Positions 31,810-44,828 of a stretch of 64,000 nucleotides of DNA are shown in pieces. A program made the translations under genes and the position numbers. The notes beneath the pieces are model-generated. The model was given only the letters and a program-made list of their open reading frames with translations. It ran no database searches and was not told where the DNA came from. Source of the DNA: Eledone cirrhosa (taxonomy: Eukaryota); NCBI GenBank assembly GCA_964016885.1, contig OZ024745.1, forward strand, positions 23,746,001-23,810,000. Reading direction: 5' to 3'. The stretch's first letter is position 1. Every line of letters starts with the position of its first letter.

Positions 31810-31940
31810 ATTGTTTCTACTTTTGGCACAAGGCCTGCAATTTTCCCAGTATATTACTGGTACTTTATTTTATCGTAAGGATGAAAGGCAAATTTAACCC
31901 CAGCGGGATTTGAACTCAGTCCATAAAGGGACGTAACTGG
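31810..31940 (-). mobile_element. Octopus-type SINE fragment
   Basis: Reverse match to the core and tail of 2440-2620. Confidence 0.75.
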
Positions 31941-32302
31941 TGATGTCGCTTGTACTGTTTCTGACTACAGGTAATTCTACCACAGGCTCAAGCAGCTGCT
32001 GTTACTGCTGCTACTATTACTGCTAACTCTGCTGTTGTTGATGATACTGCTGCTGGTGGTAATGATGCTCTAACTGCTGCTACTGCTGCTGCTGCTACTT
32101 TAACTGCTAATGGTAATGATGCTCTAACTGCTGCTAGTGCTGCTGCTGCTACTTTAACTGCTGCTGAAGCTGTTGGTGTGTTGTTGCTGCTGCTATTGCT
32201 TCTGTTGATGATACTGCTGGTGCTGGTGCTGACAGCAATTCTGTTACTGTTGTTGCTGCTGCTACTACTGCTGCTGCTATTACTGATTTTTCTGTTGTTG
32301 TT

Positions 32303-32333
<31 letters not shown>

Positions 32334-32626
32334 TTACTATTATTCCTGTACGATGCCATCAATTCTGCTGTTGGCAATATAGGTGATCGTTAAAACGGTC
32401 AGTGACGATAACACCGATGACGACGACGACAATGGCGATGGTGTTGGTGATGATGATGACGAGAAAGAGGAAGGTGATATGTGTGGTGGTGGTGGTGATG
32501 GTGGTGGTGGTGGTGGTCGTGGTGGCGGTGGTGGTGATGATGATCGTTATCATCATTAACATTATATTAATACATATATAAACATAAATATCACTTACAT
32601 TTTATCTTAATTATAGTATTATACGG

Positions 32627-32702
<76 letters not shown>

Positions 32703-32730
32703 GATATATATAGATATATATATATATATG

Positions 32731-32850
<120 letters not shown>

Positions 32851-32928
32851 ACACAAGAATCAAAGCTATGTTAGAACATTTAATTGCTGACAATTGTTTC
32901 TTCCAAGCCTAGGCTTGGAGTCTTCGGT

Positions 32929-33021
32929 GATTTGGTGGGCCTATATTTACTAAATGAAATCCATAAGGACCTACCATACCTCAACGGTGGTTTATACCGC
33001 GACGATGCACTACTCCTATAA
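32929..33021 (+). pseudogene. Penelope-like (Naiad-type) reverse transcriptase catalytic fragment
   Basis: DLVGLYLLNEIHKDLPYLNGGLYRDDALLL*, i.e. LVGLY...GLYRDD; lies between an inverted family B HHR (32885-32930) and the family B tail (to ~33185). Confidence 0.8.
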
Positions 33022-33759
33022 GGATTTGATTCTTGTGTATTCTATAATACTGCTCTGTATAACAAATGATGTTCTTACATTGAGATATTTCTCTTACTGG
33101 TAATAAGGTAGTAATAAATTACTGACCTTACCTGTTTATTGTTGTGTATAATATATACATAACTGTAAATAGTATCCTTAATATTATATATACATATATA
33201 TATATGTATATATATATATAGTAGTAATAATAAATGTGAAGACTAAACTTTAATCTGTTTTTTTAATGAATATATATATATGTGTGTGTATAAACATATA
33301 TACATACATAAATACACACTCAAACAACCTCATGATTGTGAATATATATATATATATACGTACGCACGTACAAACACAAGCTATATATATATATTTATTA
33401 AAATAACAGACTAAAGTTTAAGCAAAGAATCGCTGCTTTCACCCTTAACGGGATCTTCTGAAACAAATAAAATAAAATAATTAAAAAAATATTTGCTCAA
33501 CGGTTCTTATATATTTGATATATATGTACCCTTATCGAGCCCTCTTTGGATTTTAGTCTTCAAATTTATTATTATTACTATATATATATATATATATCAC
33601 AGAAAAAGAAGAGAATCAGTGTTGCGACGAATGGAATTTATTGGACATATTACAATCGTGTCTCTGGCGACCAGCTCGAGGCACGATCGATGTGATGATC
33701 TGAAAATTGCAAGGTCCTGAGATACGTCTTGATTCTACAAAGCAGATTATATATATATA

Positions 33760-33826
<67 letters not shown>

Positions 33827-33947
33827 GGTGTAGGAAAATCTACTTCGTAGAATCAAGACGTATCAATATATATATATAATGTATGTCCCAAGGCTCTGAT
33901 ACCATCAACACTATACACACAGAGCTGGCATAACTAAGAACTGACTA

Positions 33948-34003
33948 ACTGCCTGATGAGGTCATAGCCATTCAATGGCTATCATGGAAATATATATAGC
34001 AGT
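33948..34003 (+). ncRNA. Type I hammerhead motif, family I
   Basis: acugc-CUGAUGA-gguc-AUAGCCA-uucaa-UGGCUAU-caug-GAAAUAUAUAUA-gcagu, followed by AAUAAA. Confidence 0.7.
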
Positions 34004-34972
34004 AAATAAAGGATTATGAGTTCATGCAATTGACTTATGTTTCGTCACTATATATATATATATAGCCTATGTTTGCACGTGCGTACGTGCAACGGTGTGC
34101 GTTGGCGAACATATACGCATATGTACTTTATGCTGAAATAAGAATTGTAGTCTTTTATACTTCTGGATTTTGACACAGGGTGTTTGGTCTTTTATTTTTT
34201 ACTTCATTTTTACTTCATCTGTTTTAAAACGCACCCATCTTTTGTTGGACTGTGTGGACGTAAATAGGAGATGCACCCGAGCCTGTGTTTATACACGTGC
34301 ATGCGCAATGGCATGCGTTGGCGGACAATTACACGTATGTACTCTATGTTAAAATAAGAATTGTAATTCTTTACATTTCTGGTTTCTGACACACAGGTTT
34401 TTTTTATTTCATTTTATATTTTTCTAATTTTTTTATTTTATTATTATTTTTTAAATTTTATTGGTTGTAACACACACGCATTTTTGTTTGTCATCCCCAC
34501 CACGTGATGTTGTCGCAGGAGAGATGCCAGTCTACACACGTAAATTCTTCCGATCATAGCTGCAGCCTACTAAGGTTGACCTGCTGGCTGATCTCTTAAC
34601 ACCACTACCACTACCACCACGGTAAAGGAGGTCAGCTGGACTTAAACATTCTGATTTGAATAGTCTTAAATACGATTAATTTAAGAGAGTTGATTCTATA
34701 CATACATATATTGAAGTACGAGACGTAAAAATTGTATAACAGGCTGACCTGTCTCTGAAGAATTTCTATAGACTTTCGGCTAGGGAGTGGTATGACAACT
34801 GACCAATGGGGTACGAGCATGTCCTCGGACGCTGAAATTCGTTTGTTCTAGCCCATATGATTCCAGTTCCTCGTAGGACTAACAACACACCCAGGAGCTG
34901 GACATATCGATGAATTGACAGTGGAACATATTTCAGCACCATGTTTACCTGTTCTTTCTACATTTATTCGTA

Positions 34973-35025
34973 CTGCCTGAAGAGGTCACAGCCAATAATA
35001 GCTGTCATTGAAATATATATAGCAG
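34973..35025 (+). ncRNA. Type I hammerhead motif, family I
   Basis: cugc-CUGAAGA-gguc-ACAGC-caauaaua-GCUGU-cauu-GAAAUAUAUAUA-gcag; U-A to C-G covariation in stem II relative to 33948. Confidence 0.7.
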
Positions 35026-35158
35026 ATAATAAAGGAAGCCAAATTTAACATGTTTAACTTACTTATTTACATTATACCGGAGTAAACAAACCAACCTGCG
35101 CACTTCGTCGATTATTCCAGCTGCATACTGAGGTGTCGGTAAACGACCAACACATACT

Positions 35159-35224
<66 letters not shown>

Positions 35225-35269
35225 TATATTAGAAAAAAAATCAAGCTTACCAACTTCCATCTTTTCTTT

Positions 35270-35575
35270 TATTTGTACGTTCCAATATCAGCTGCATGTC
35301 TTCTACTGTGTGAGCCACAAAATCTGTATCATCAGCATACAGGAACTCCCTAACAAGAGTGCCAAAAATGTTGGACTTGGTGTTAAACCATCTTAGATTA
35401 AATACTTTGCTAGAGGTTCTAATTGGCAAGTATACACAGATTTCGAAATCTTGGAAGGCACATGTCAGCAGCACGGCATAGTAGATGGAGAACAGAGTGG
35501 GTGCATGTATGTCACCTTGTTTAACAACGTTTTCCACAGAAAAAGTAAAACATGAAAGATTAAGAATATAACTGT
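35270..35575 (-). pseudogene. RTE-clade LINE RT fragment (QG and YADD region)
   Basis: VKQGDIHAPTLFSIY...VFNLRWF...VREFLYADD...HTVEDMQLILER. Confidence 0.9.
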
Positions 35576-35599
35576 TGGTGTGAGGTTTCAGCAGAGATG

Positions 35600-36284
35600 C
35601 AGATGGCTTATAACTGCAGATACCTGAAGGCACTATACAGCACAAATGATACCATTCAAGTCAAAAGATAGGAAGGTCTTCATCAAAGATCCAGCAGGTA
35701 CATGAGTCGGTGGACTGAACACTTTAATCATCTGTTTGACAACCCATCTGTAGTTGATGAAGAAATTATTAATGGACTGCCGTAAAGAGAGACTGTAACA
35801 GAGATGATGAATGATCCAACCATTGATGAGATAAGGTCTAATATCAAAGAGATAAACATAGGGAAAACTCCAGGTTTGGATGGAATACCTGTTGAGCTGC
35901 TCCGCTTTTGCTATGGCCATTCATGGGTTAGTCTTATCTGTATGGCATGGTGAGCCTGTCCCGCAATACTTGGTAGATGCAATTTTGCTCTCGATTTACA
36001 AGGGCAAAGGTTACAAATCGGAATGCAGTGGTTATTGTGGCCTAAGTCTGCTCGAATCAGTAGGAAAAGTTTTATCCCTGGTCTTGCTGAATCGTCTAAT
36101 AAAATGGATCTGCCCTGGTGCTATCCCTGAGACCCAGCGTGGATTCAGAGCTGGGCAGGGAAGTATGAACATGATTTTCTCAGCCTGTCAGCTTAGAGGG
36201 AAGTGTGTTGAGCCGCAAGTGACACTCTACCAAGTTTTTGTGGACCTTACCAAAGCCTTTGATACTGTTAATCGTAGATCATAG
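35600..36284 (+). pseudogene. RTE-clade LINE RT fragment (N-terminal RT region)
   Basis: PTIDEI...GKTPGLDGIPVELL, IYKGKG...GLSLLESVGKV...PETQRGFR...FVDLTKAFDTVNR. Confidence 0.9.
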
Positions 36285-36642
36285 CAAAGCCACCACCTCG
36301 GTTATTACTCCCGTGGGTCATTGGGTAGGGTACTAGACTGGTATCTGAGTGGAAGGAGATGATATACAATTATATATATATATATGACATTTTTTATTTG
36401 TATCAATTTACGTTTAATGTTGTTCCTTAGTTCTTCATTAATTACTTTTTTGTTTATTTATTGATTTTGCTTTTATTTATTTTTTTGCTGATTATATTTT
36501 TATAAGTCCGTAATTTTTCTTTCAATTTCAATTCTTTTACATTCTTTTTTCCGTTTTCGTTCGACTTTCGACTCATTCATTCACATATTCTATCATTATT
36601 CAGCCAAACTTGCCTGATTTTTATATTTATTCAACCTGTTTA

Positions 36643-36860
36643 GGGCGGTGGATTGGCAGTATCGGTAGAGGGTCGGACGCCATGTTTTGCAGCATAGAGT
36701 TACGGCCCTTTATGATCTGAGTTTAAATCCCGCCGAGGTTAACTTTGCTTTTCATCCTTACGGGGTCGATAAAATAAAGTACCAGTTACGCACTGGGGTC
36801 GATTTAATCGACGTTCTCCTCCCCCCTAAATTGCTGGCCTTGTGCCTATATAAGAAACCA
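36643..36860 (+). mobile_element. Full-length octopus-type tRNA-derived SINE
   Basis: ggcggtggattggcagtatcggt head, B-box, tttcatccttacggggtcgataaaataaagtaccag core, tgctggccttgtgcc tail. Confidence 0.85.
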
Positions 36861-36927
36861 TATTTATTCAATCTATTTGGAATTTTTTATTCCATTATTT
36901 TTCATATTTTTTATTCGGTTTAACGTA

Positions 36928-37020
36928 GGGCATGGCTGAGTGGTTAACTAGTCTGATTGGCAACCATAAGACACCGGGTTCGATTCCTCTGTATGGTAGC
37001 TTAGACAAATGTTATTTACC
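36928..37020 (+). mobile_element. Head of a second tRNA-derived SINE
   Basis: A-box tggctgagtggtt and B-box gggttcgattcc; no complete cloverleaf. Confidence 0.6.
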
Positions 37021-37214
37021 ATTCCCCTTCAATTTTATTACAAGTCATCTTCATTCCTCAGAAAGATATCAAGCCACAGATATGATTGACGTGGTTAACC
37101 GATTAAGTAGAGCCTAGTACTTTCAGTAGAATGTACAACCACTGATTCCAGCTATTTGCACAAGAGGGAGAGAGGTCTAAAAACATCGGACTGATAAAAT
37201 GACAAGTCAGTCAA

Positions 37215-37499
37215 TCATATTGGTGGCCTCCCCACAGCCCCGGCGGACAGAATGGAGAAGGCGTTTCCCCGGAGGACGGCAAGGGAGACGCGCTGGAAAA
37301 ACCATTCCAGCTCGCGAGGCTCACACCTGCGGCTGGCCAGCTCAGCGCCTATGGTGGTGAGTAGGGAGGTAGCCCTAGGGCCGAGGGCACCAGAAGTCTC
37401 CACTGCCAAGTGTACAACTGCAAACCTGTTGGAGAGCGACCGGTATTTGAAGAGTTTGGCCACCTCAGCCCGACGTGCAGCAGAACCTGGGTTAGTCAT
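37215..37499 (-). pseudogene. CRE-like non-LTR retrotransposon C-terminal restriction-like endonuclease fragment
   Basis: AARRAEVAKLFKY...LAVETSGALG...FFQRVSLAVLRGNA; GC-rich island. Confidence 0.85.
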
Positions 37500-38046
37500 C
37501 TTACTGACAGACTCTCACTTCTTATTTTCTCTTGTGAGAGAAATTGGTTATTCAAAGAGTCAGCCTTCTTACATAATGGGTCATATTGATTCTGATTAGA
37601 AATTAAACTAAGAGTACACGTGTCTGTGGAACACATGTCTGTGGAATACTCAACCATTTACAGGTTAATTCGGCTAATGAACTAATGAAAAAACTAATGA
37701 CGAATGCGCTGATTGAACAACTCAATTCTCATCGACTGAACAGACGGAGGATCAGTCATTTCCGTTTCCTTCTTTCTCTTTTTATTTACTATTTTATTCT
37801 TGTTTCTTTTCTTTCGTCTTACCATTCATCCATTCTATAATTCATATATTCCATATGTTATTCAACAATTTCTTTCATTCTGTTATCAGTTCATTCATAG
37901 TTTCATCTAACCCTCCATATATTCAAACATTCATACATATATCTCATTCATCGAATCTTTTATTCGACCATTTCCTCATTCGTTTATCATTCATTTCATT
38001 ATTCAGTTAGTCGACCATTTGTTTTTCATTCAACCGATGGTATTTA

Positions 38047-38084
<38 letters not shown>

Positions 38085-38308
38085 CTATCTATCTATCTAT
38101 CTATCTTGATAGAGTAAGACACGCTTCGCATCGGCTCCGCTATTCCATCGGGATTTACCCTTACTATTGTAAGTACCGGATAAATTTTTTAGTGCAACAC
38201 ATTTGGAACACTAACCCCTGTTATTTAGGGAAACATTTTTGCATTTACCCCCTTTTTAGGGGGTAAAATAAATATCTATTTTTGCCGAAAAATTTCTTTC
38301 TTGGCAGC

Positions 38309-40144
38309 ATGGCGGAAAAGATGGCAGACATGTCTGCCATTAGCTCTGCCACGCCCCCCAAGTCTGAAGAACAAAAAATAATTACAACAAAATTAGACAT
38401 TGAAACAAACAAACAAAATGAAAAAACAAATGTTAAGGAAAATGAGCAAACAGAAAACAAACAAACAGAAAATAATACAAATAACGACAGGGCAACTTTC
38501 GCCCAGAAAACAAAGCAATCCATTACATACACACCAATTGACCTAACTGCCGCCAGAGAAAAACTGGCCGAAGCAAAGAAACATATTGTTTTGGGGGAGA
38601 ACGGAATGTTTTCCATTAACTCCCCCCCAGAATTCAAGAAAGCCAGAGCAGAAAACACAGTTATATACAGAACTATACTAAACCAGTCAAGAAAGCCAGC
38701 ACAGCCCAGCCAAATGGAAATAGAGTTAGTCCTAAAAGACTATATGAAGAATATTCTCTTCATACGAAAGGACCGACTCTATGGCAGCATTTCGGTCCTA
38801 ACAAGAGACAAAGAAACGGCGGTTCAGCTTTCCCTAAGCCCACTCTCGTCGACAACATATAGCTTCTATCCCTCCTACATGGGTAGAAGAACACAGAGAA
38901 TAAAAGTAAAAACAATGCTGCCCACAATGGACTTCTGGTGGGCTATTGCTGGCTTCATTGATATGGGCGAAGACACTATGCTGTCAATGGGGAAGGCAAC
39001 TGGAGATGCGTTCCTGGGAATGGGCCTCGACATACTAGTCCAAATGAGGCCCGAAAGAATAGCACAAATCCCGGATCGCATCTGGCTGGATGACCTTACC
39101 CCAATAGACATAATTGTAGAGGGGAGAAGACCAGCATGCTATTTATGCATGGAAAGGGGACACGTTAAGGCTAACTGCCCGAAACGTATCCCCCAAAAAG
39201 GACTATTGCCCACACCCACCACAAACAGTACACCAGCACCACCCACCTCCAAAAATACACTAATACCACACACAGCAAACAAAATACAGACACCACCAAC
39301 CACAAACACAACACAAACATCACCACCACCAGCACCAAACACAAGCACGACACAAAAATCACCACCACCAACCACAACACAAACATTACCACCACCATTA
39401 CCAACCACAAGCACGACACAAACATTACCACCACCACCACCACAAAACCCATTCCAAACAAATAATAAAAAAAACAGTAACAAATCTACCCCTCCCGCAA
39501 AAAAAAAACAACCACACAACACGTCCCTCCCACCTAGCGCTGAAGAGTTTCCCCCAACTTCTGAAGAAGAAGGAGGAGAAGCCTTCAGACAAGTTAAAAG
39601 AAAAAAAAGAAAACACACACCCAGCACACCACAAATAACCCACACACAAACACCAACTCCAATCAAAAACACCCCACCCTCAACAAACAAAAATAAATCT
39701 GCGCCTCCCCTCTCCGAAACATTGACAGCATCACAAAAAAAGACGTTGCAATACACATATATAAATAAAGAAAACAAAAAACTGGTTAAATTAATAAACA
39801 ATAACCCTATGGTGCAGACCGAAGGGCCAAACTTTATCTCAACAGAGAACTTCACCCATTTAAAAATGATAAAGGTCCCTCTGGACCTTTATCGTTCCTT
39901 AAAAGAACAATTTAGACGGGACGTAAGCCCCCCCTGTTTAAAACCGTTGAATCGCGTCTTCTTGAAAGATTTCCCCATAACCGCCCCTCTCCCTGACACA
40001 ACTCCAAATACCCCAACCCCACCACACACGGTTACCCCCACACCACCACAAAACATCCCTCCACCCAACACACCTGATGCCATGGAAATTACGCAACCCG
40101 GAGAGGTAAGTGCTTTTCTTTCTTCACTTTCAACACCAAAATAG
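38309..40144 (+). CDS. LINE ORF1 nucleic-acid-binding protein (CCHC zinc knuckle, P/T-rich tail)
   Basis: Uninterrupted ORF from ATG at 38309; CYLCMERGHVKANC knuckle. Confidence 0.88.
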   Translation: MAEKMADMSAISSATPPKSEEQKIITTKLDIETNKQNEKTNVKENEQTENKQTENNTNNDRATFAQKTKQSITYTPIDLTAAREKLAEAKKHIVLGENGMFSINSPPEFKKARAENTVIYRTILNQSRKPAQPSQMEIELVLKDYMKNILFIRKDRLYGSISVLTRDKETAVQLSLSPLSSTTYSFYPSYMGRRTQRIKVKTMLPTMDFWWAIAGFIDMGEDTMLSMGKATGDAFLGMGLDILVQMRPERIAQIPDRIWLDDLTPIDIIVEGRRPACYLCMERGHVKANCPKRIPQKGLLPTPTTNSTPAPPTSKNTLIPHTANKIQTPPTTNTTQTSPPPAPNTSTTQKSPPPTTTQTLPPPLPTTSTTQTLPPPPPQNPFQTNNKKNSNKSTPPAKKKQPHNTSLPPSAEEFPPTSEEEGGEAFRQVKRKKRKHTPSTPQITHTQTPTPIKNTPPSTNKNKSAPPLSETLTASQKKTLQYTYINKENKKLVKLINNNPMVQTEGPNFISTENFTHLKMIKVPLDLYRSLKEQFRRDVSPPCLKPLNRVFLKDFPITAPLPDTTPNTPTPPHTVTPTPPQNIPPPNTPDAMEITQPGEVSAFLSSLSTPK

Positions 40145-40149
40145 ATCAA

Positions 40150-43100
40150 TTGAGAGTTGGCTGTTTGAACGCGCGTGGCCTGAGCTCAGCTTGGAAGCAA
40201 GCAAAGCTTCTAAGTGACCTCAGGTCACAAAGTATAGATGTGATGGTTGTTTGCGAGAGTCGGATCAGCAGCGTGAGACAGCTGGCGCCCGCCTTCGATG
40301 ACTTTGAGATGCACGCATCTCTCTGTCAACCCGGAGGCGGGGGGGGGGGGAGTTGCCGTACTGCTGGATAAACGTCTGACTCTCGACGTACAGATTGTTC
40401 ACTCGGACCCGGGGGGTCGATTACTGGTGCTGGACGTCGGAGGTGGTGAAGGCGGGGCTTTCAGACTGGTCGGTCTTTATGCTCCCTTCGGGGCGGAGAG
40501 AGCCGACTTCTTCCAACGTCTGGAGACTTTTCTAGGAACGTCGCGTTCCCTGCTTTTAGTGGGGGACTGGAATGGAATCCTAGATGCGCGTTGGGACTAT
40601 GCAGGGGCATGTCCCGATAGAGGGGGGTGTAGCAGCCTCAAGGGGTTACTCGATCGATTCGACCTGGTCGATAGATTTCGACTAGATTGTCCAACTGCGC
40701 CAACCTGGACCTGGGCAAACCGCAGTGGACAATCTAGATCGTACCTAGATAGGTTTTTGGTTAGGAGTAAGGATAGGGACGTATTTAGTTGTCCAGAACT
40801 GATCATGGTTGGCTATTCAGATCACAAATTAGTGACCTGCGTGGTCAACCTTGATAGAACGCATAGACAGGGTCCCGGTTACTGGAAGATGAACTTGTCC
40901 TTACCGACAAAGAAAGATTACAGAAACCGGATTAGTAGCTTAGTTAAGATGCGGTTGACGGGAGCGATCGTCAACAGTAGGTGGTGGATATCTCTAAAGA
41001 GAGAGATTAGAGTAAGTTCGATAGGTTACAGTAAGGAACTAGCGGCGAATAGAAATAGGAGGGAAAGGGAGTTAACAGATAAACTAGAAGAGGCGATTAG
41101 GAGCGGAGACGTAGCCAGAGTGTTAGCGACGAGAACGGCATTGAGCCAGTTCTTTGACGCGAAGCACGAAGGCTGCGTTGTCCGAAGTAAAATACGTGCT
41201 TTAGGAAACGAGGGGACCAAAGCTGTTAGCTGGGCCCGCGTGACAGAAGCCAAGAGTGGGATTAAATCCACCATTCGGTCTTTGCGAGACCAGGATGGAC
41301 GGGTGATCCTTGAACCTGAGCGAATGTGCGAGACCTTTCAAAGGCACTTTGCTCGACTGTTCGGAGGTGGCGGGGGGCCGGACGGGGATGTGGACTTCGG
41401 TCCATACCTCGACGGTCTACCGCGTCTTTCGAGCGGCGAAGCGGAGTGCTGCGAAGGGCCAATCACAGCCACTGAAATCGGGGAAGCGCTCAGCCAATGC
41501 AGCAGACGCAAATCCCCGGGTCTCGATGGTCTACCATACGAACTTTATTTAGCTATGCCGGTCTTGTTCTCCGAACTCCTCGAGGCTGTCTATTGCAACT
41601 GGCAACAGAACGGGAGAATTCCCTGTTCTGTGACCAAGGGCGTGGTCACGCTAGTGAGGAAGGACGAGAGCAAGGGGGACGACTTAAGTAACTTTAGGCC
41701 CATAACTCTGCTGAATGCAGAGTTACAGATTTTGGCCAAGGTGTTGGCGAAGAGGTTGGCGCTTGTGGTGGGTGGTTTGGTGGGAGACGCGCAGACATGC
41801 GCTATCCCGTCCAGGTCCATTCACGACAACCTCCACCTCATGCGATACATCATAGAGAGGGTTGGCTACGAACCCGGCTTTGGTGGGGCCCTGATCAACT
41901 TGGATCAATCTAAGGCGTTCGATAGGGTCGACCATGGTTACCTGGATGCGGTGCTAGCGGCGGCGGGCTTCGGACCCGTTTTCAGGGGCTGGATTTCTGC
42001 CATGCACAGTGGCAACATCTACTCTAGGATTAAAGTAAACGGCTACCTCTCGGAGCCGTTTCAAATCACCCGATCCATCAGACAGGGGTGCCCCCTCTCC
42101 TCCCTTCTGTACGTATTGACTCTCGAGCCACTGCTGCGGAAGTTGGAGTTGCTGCGGGGCATACCCCTGGAACCGGGATTGCACAAAGCGGTCTCGGCCT
42201 ATGCCGACGACGTAACAGTAATGGTGGCGGACGCCTCGGAAATCGGGGCGATCGCCACCCTACTGGAGGAATACGAAAGGCTGACGGGGGCTAAGCTGAA
42301 CCAGGACAAGTCAGTCGGTTTGCAACTCGGAACGTGGAGGGGCAAACCGATGCCGTTAGACGGTGTCGTCGGGCGGTGGACGGAGGGCCCGGTGAAGCTG
42401 CTCGGGGTCTGGTTCGGACCGGACCTCCAGGTGGAGAAGAATTGGGGCGAGGTGACGAGCAGGGTGTTTGCGCTGACCCAGAAGTGGGCCAAGTGCAAAC
42501 TATCACTGAAAGGTCGGGCGGAGGTGACGAACGCTTACATAGCGTCCGTCATCTACTACCGCCTGACCGTCGTGCCTTGCCCCAAGGAAAAGCTCACCAT
42601 CATGGAACGCATGCTCTTCCAGTTCCTCTGGAAGAAGCGGCCTCCCATGGTGAGGAGATCCATCTGCTGCCAGCACCCTTCGAAAGGAGGGCTGGGTATG
42701 CCGTGGCTGTTGATGCGTAGGCACGCATTGAGGCTACGGCATCTACAGGTATTCCTCAACGGTCAGCCGGTGTGGGCCCCGTTTGTGAGGCGAGCCTTCC
42801 CACAGCTCGTCTCGCTCACCGAACTGCAATCCTGGGTGAAGCAAAGACCGAGAAAACTGGGCAACTGGCACACTGAGTGTGCCCAGGCGCTCACGGCTAT
42901 CTGGCAAGCGGACCCGACTGTCAGTGGAGAATCCACCTCGACATTCTATAGAGGGTTGGTGGCTAGCAGGGGCGACGACACCCTTGGAGAGTCGCTAGGC
43001 ATGGAGGAGGACGAACTGGCCAGCCTGTTCGGTAGAACTTTCGGCCCGGGACCCATGGACAACTTCCAGAGGTCCCTAGCCTGGCAGTGTTACCGGGGGG

Positions 43101-43582
43101 CTCTGCCCGTTCGAGAAAAGCTCTACAGACACGGGCGCCCGGGCAGGGATCCCGCGAAAAAGATCTGTCCCAGATGCGTGCGCGACGAGGAAACCGTTGC
43201 GCATGCACTGATACACTGCCCGGGCGTTGCCGATCTGTGGGGCTACGTCGAACGACTGCTGTCGCGTGTGGCGCCGATTCGATTAACCGCCGAGTCTGTG
43301 GTGAACATCAAGCCGCCTCCTCCCTTCAGAAATGAAGCAGAGGCGGTCTTTCTGTGCGTAATAGCCATGATGAAAGAGGTTGTGTGGTGGACGCGCCTGA
43401 AAGGTCTGAGGTCGGGTGACTTTCTCTCCGGCCATCACCTGGTTTACTTCTTCCGATACCACTTCGGAAGAAGAATCAGGATGGAGAGAGAAGTGCTTGG
43501 TCCCAGACAGTTTTATGAAAGGTGGGTGAAAGAAGCGAGAATGGCCCGTGTAAATGGGCCTTCTCTCTACATTGTTCTGTAG
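40150..43582 (+). CDS. LINE ORF2: APE endonuclease + reverse transcriptase + zinc finger; one frameshift in G12 run 40339-40350
   Basis: LNARGL...CES, GDWN, YLDRF, SDH (APE); FRPITLLN, DQSKAFDRV, RQGCPLS, YADD (RT); CPRC...HALIHC. Confidence 0.93.
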
Positions 43583-43826
43583 GTGAAGAAGTGAAGAGGA
43601 AAGGGGGAGCGCCTCCTCTCTGGGCTTCCCCCGCGAAAAGAGTTGCACACTTTTCGGGGGTATGTGCAATCCCCAACACGCCCCCTCCCTTTTGAGGACT
43701 TTTTATTGTTATATTATTATTGTTATTCCTTTTTTCTTTACTCGATTTATGTAAACTCCCCCACTGTGTAAATGTCCCCTTCTTTTGTGCCCTCGTGGCA
43801 AATAAATAGAAATTTATCTATCTATC

Positions 43827-43952
<126 letters not shown>

Positions 43953-44289
43953 TCTTGAACTTAAGTTCTCTTATCGAGTGGTCTTGAATTTCCTTACCTA
44001 TAGTTGCTCGCACATTGCTCGGTTTGTTGTTTTTTTCGCTGTTTTGTTACTGTTTTCTCTTTTCTTCCCTTTTGCTCTCCTTCCCTCCCTTCTCCGTTTT
44101 CCCAATAACTTATCCAGTTATTGACGCCCTGGGGTGAGATATCTTGTCTTTAAAGCGTAGAAATATCCGAGCCCCCCAGTAGACAACTGATGAGGAACTC
44201 TTCCCTCCCCCCGTTCTTGCTTTCTTCGTATTCCTACTGCATTTTAAGTTTCCTTAAATAGCAACTACACAGCCATTTCTATTCTCCAT

Positions 44290-44367
<78 letters not shown>

Positions 44368-44408
44368 TATATATATATATATAGTGTATATATATATATA
44401 TATATATA

Positions 44409-44452
<44 letters not shown>

Positions 44453-44828
44453 TTTATACAACCATTCTTTATTCCTTATCTCCATTTAGAGCTTCACCTG
44501 CCTATGCAACCAATCTTATATTTATCTATATAACCACCTATCCATCGAATACGTCTCTCTTTCCCTGTACATCTATTATACATTTCTAAACGTTTGTCAG
44601 TGAGTGTGTGCTTCAGACATTCTAACCACAAGCTTATAATATCGGAGCTGTGATCTCTTAGAATTGTTTTTCAATTAAAGATGTTTTCAGGAATAACACC
44701 ATGGAAAAGCTGATCCACACTTACAACAGCATTTGGTACCAAACGCCAGTGAGTTCTCACAGTAGCAGACCCAATGGAGCCGATATCCTGATTTGCTGAT
44801 AAATTTTATGTAAGACGCACAATAGTTG

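Larger units (their letters stand above)
38106..43813 (+). mobile_element. Full-length Tx1-clade (L1 group) LINE inserted in (TATC)n
   Basis: 5' UTR, ORF1, ORF2, 3' UTR with AATAAA; TATC repeats on both flanks (38047-38105 and 43815-43829). Confidence 0.92.

Noticed and set aside
36928-37000. tRNA gene
   Set aside because: Has A/B boxes but no acceptor stem or anticodon arm that I can fold; more consistent with a SINE head
44184-44206. CTGATGA-GGAA-ctc-TTCC hammerhead half
   Set aside because: No GAAA or stem III follows; at best a truncated remnant. Likewise 21205-21245, 27995-28043, 29864-29898 and 35128-35156 are too decayed to call
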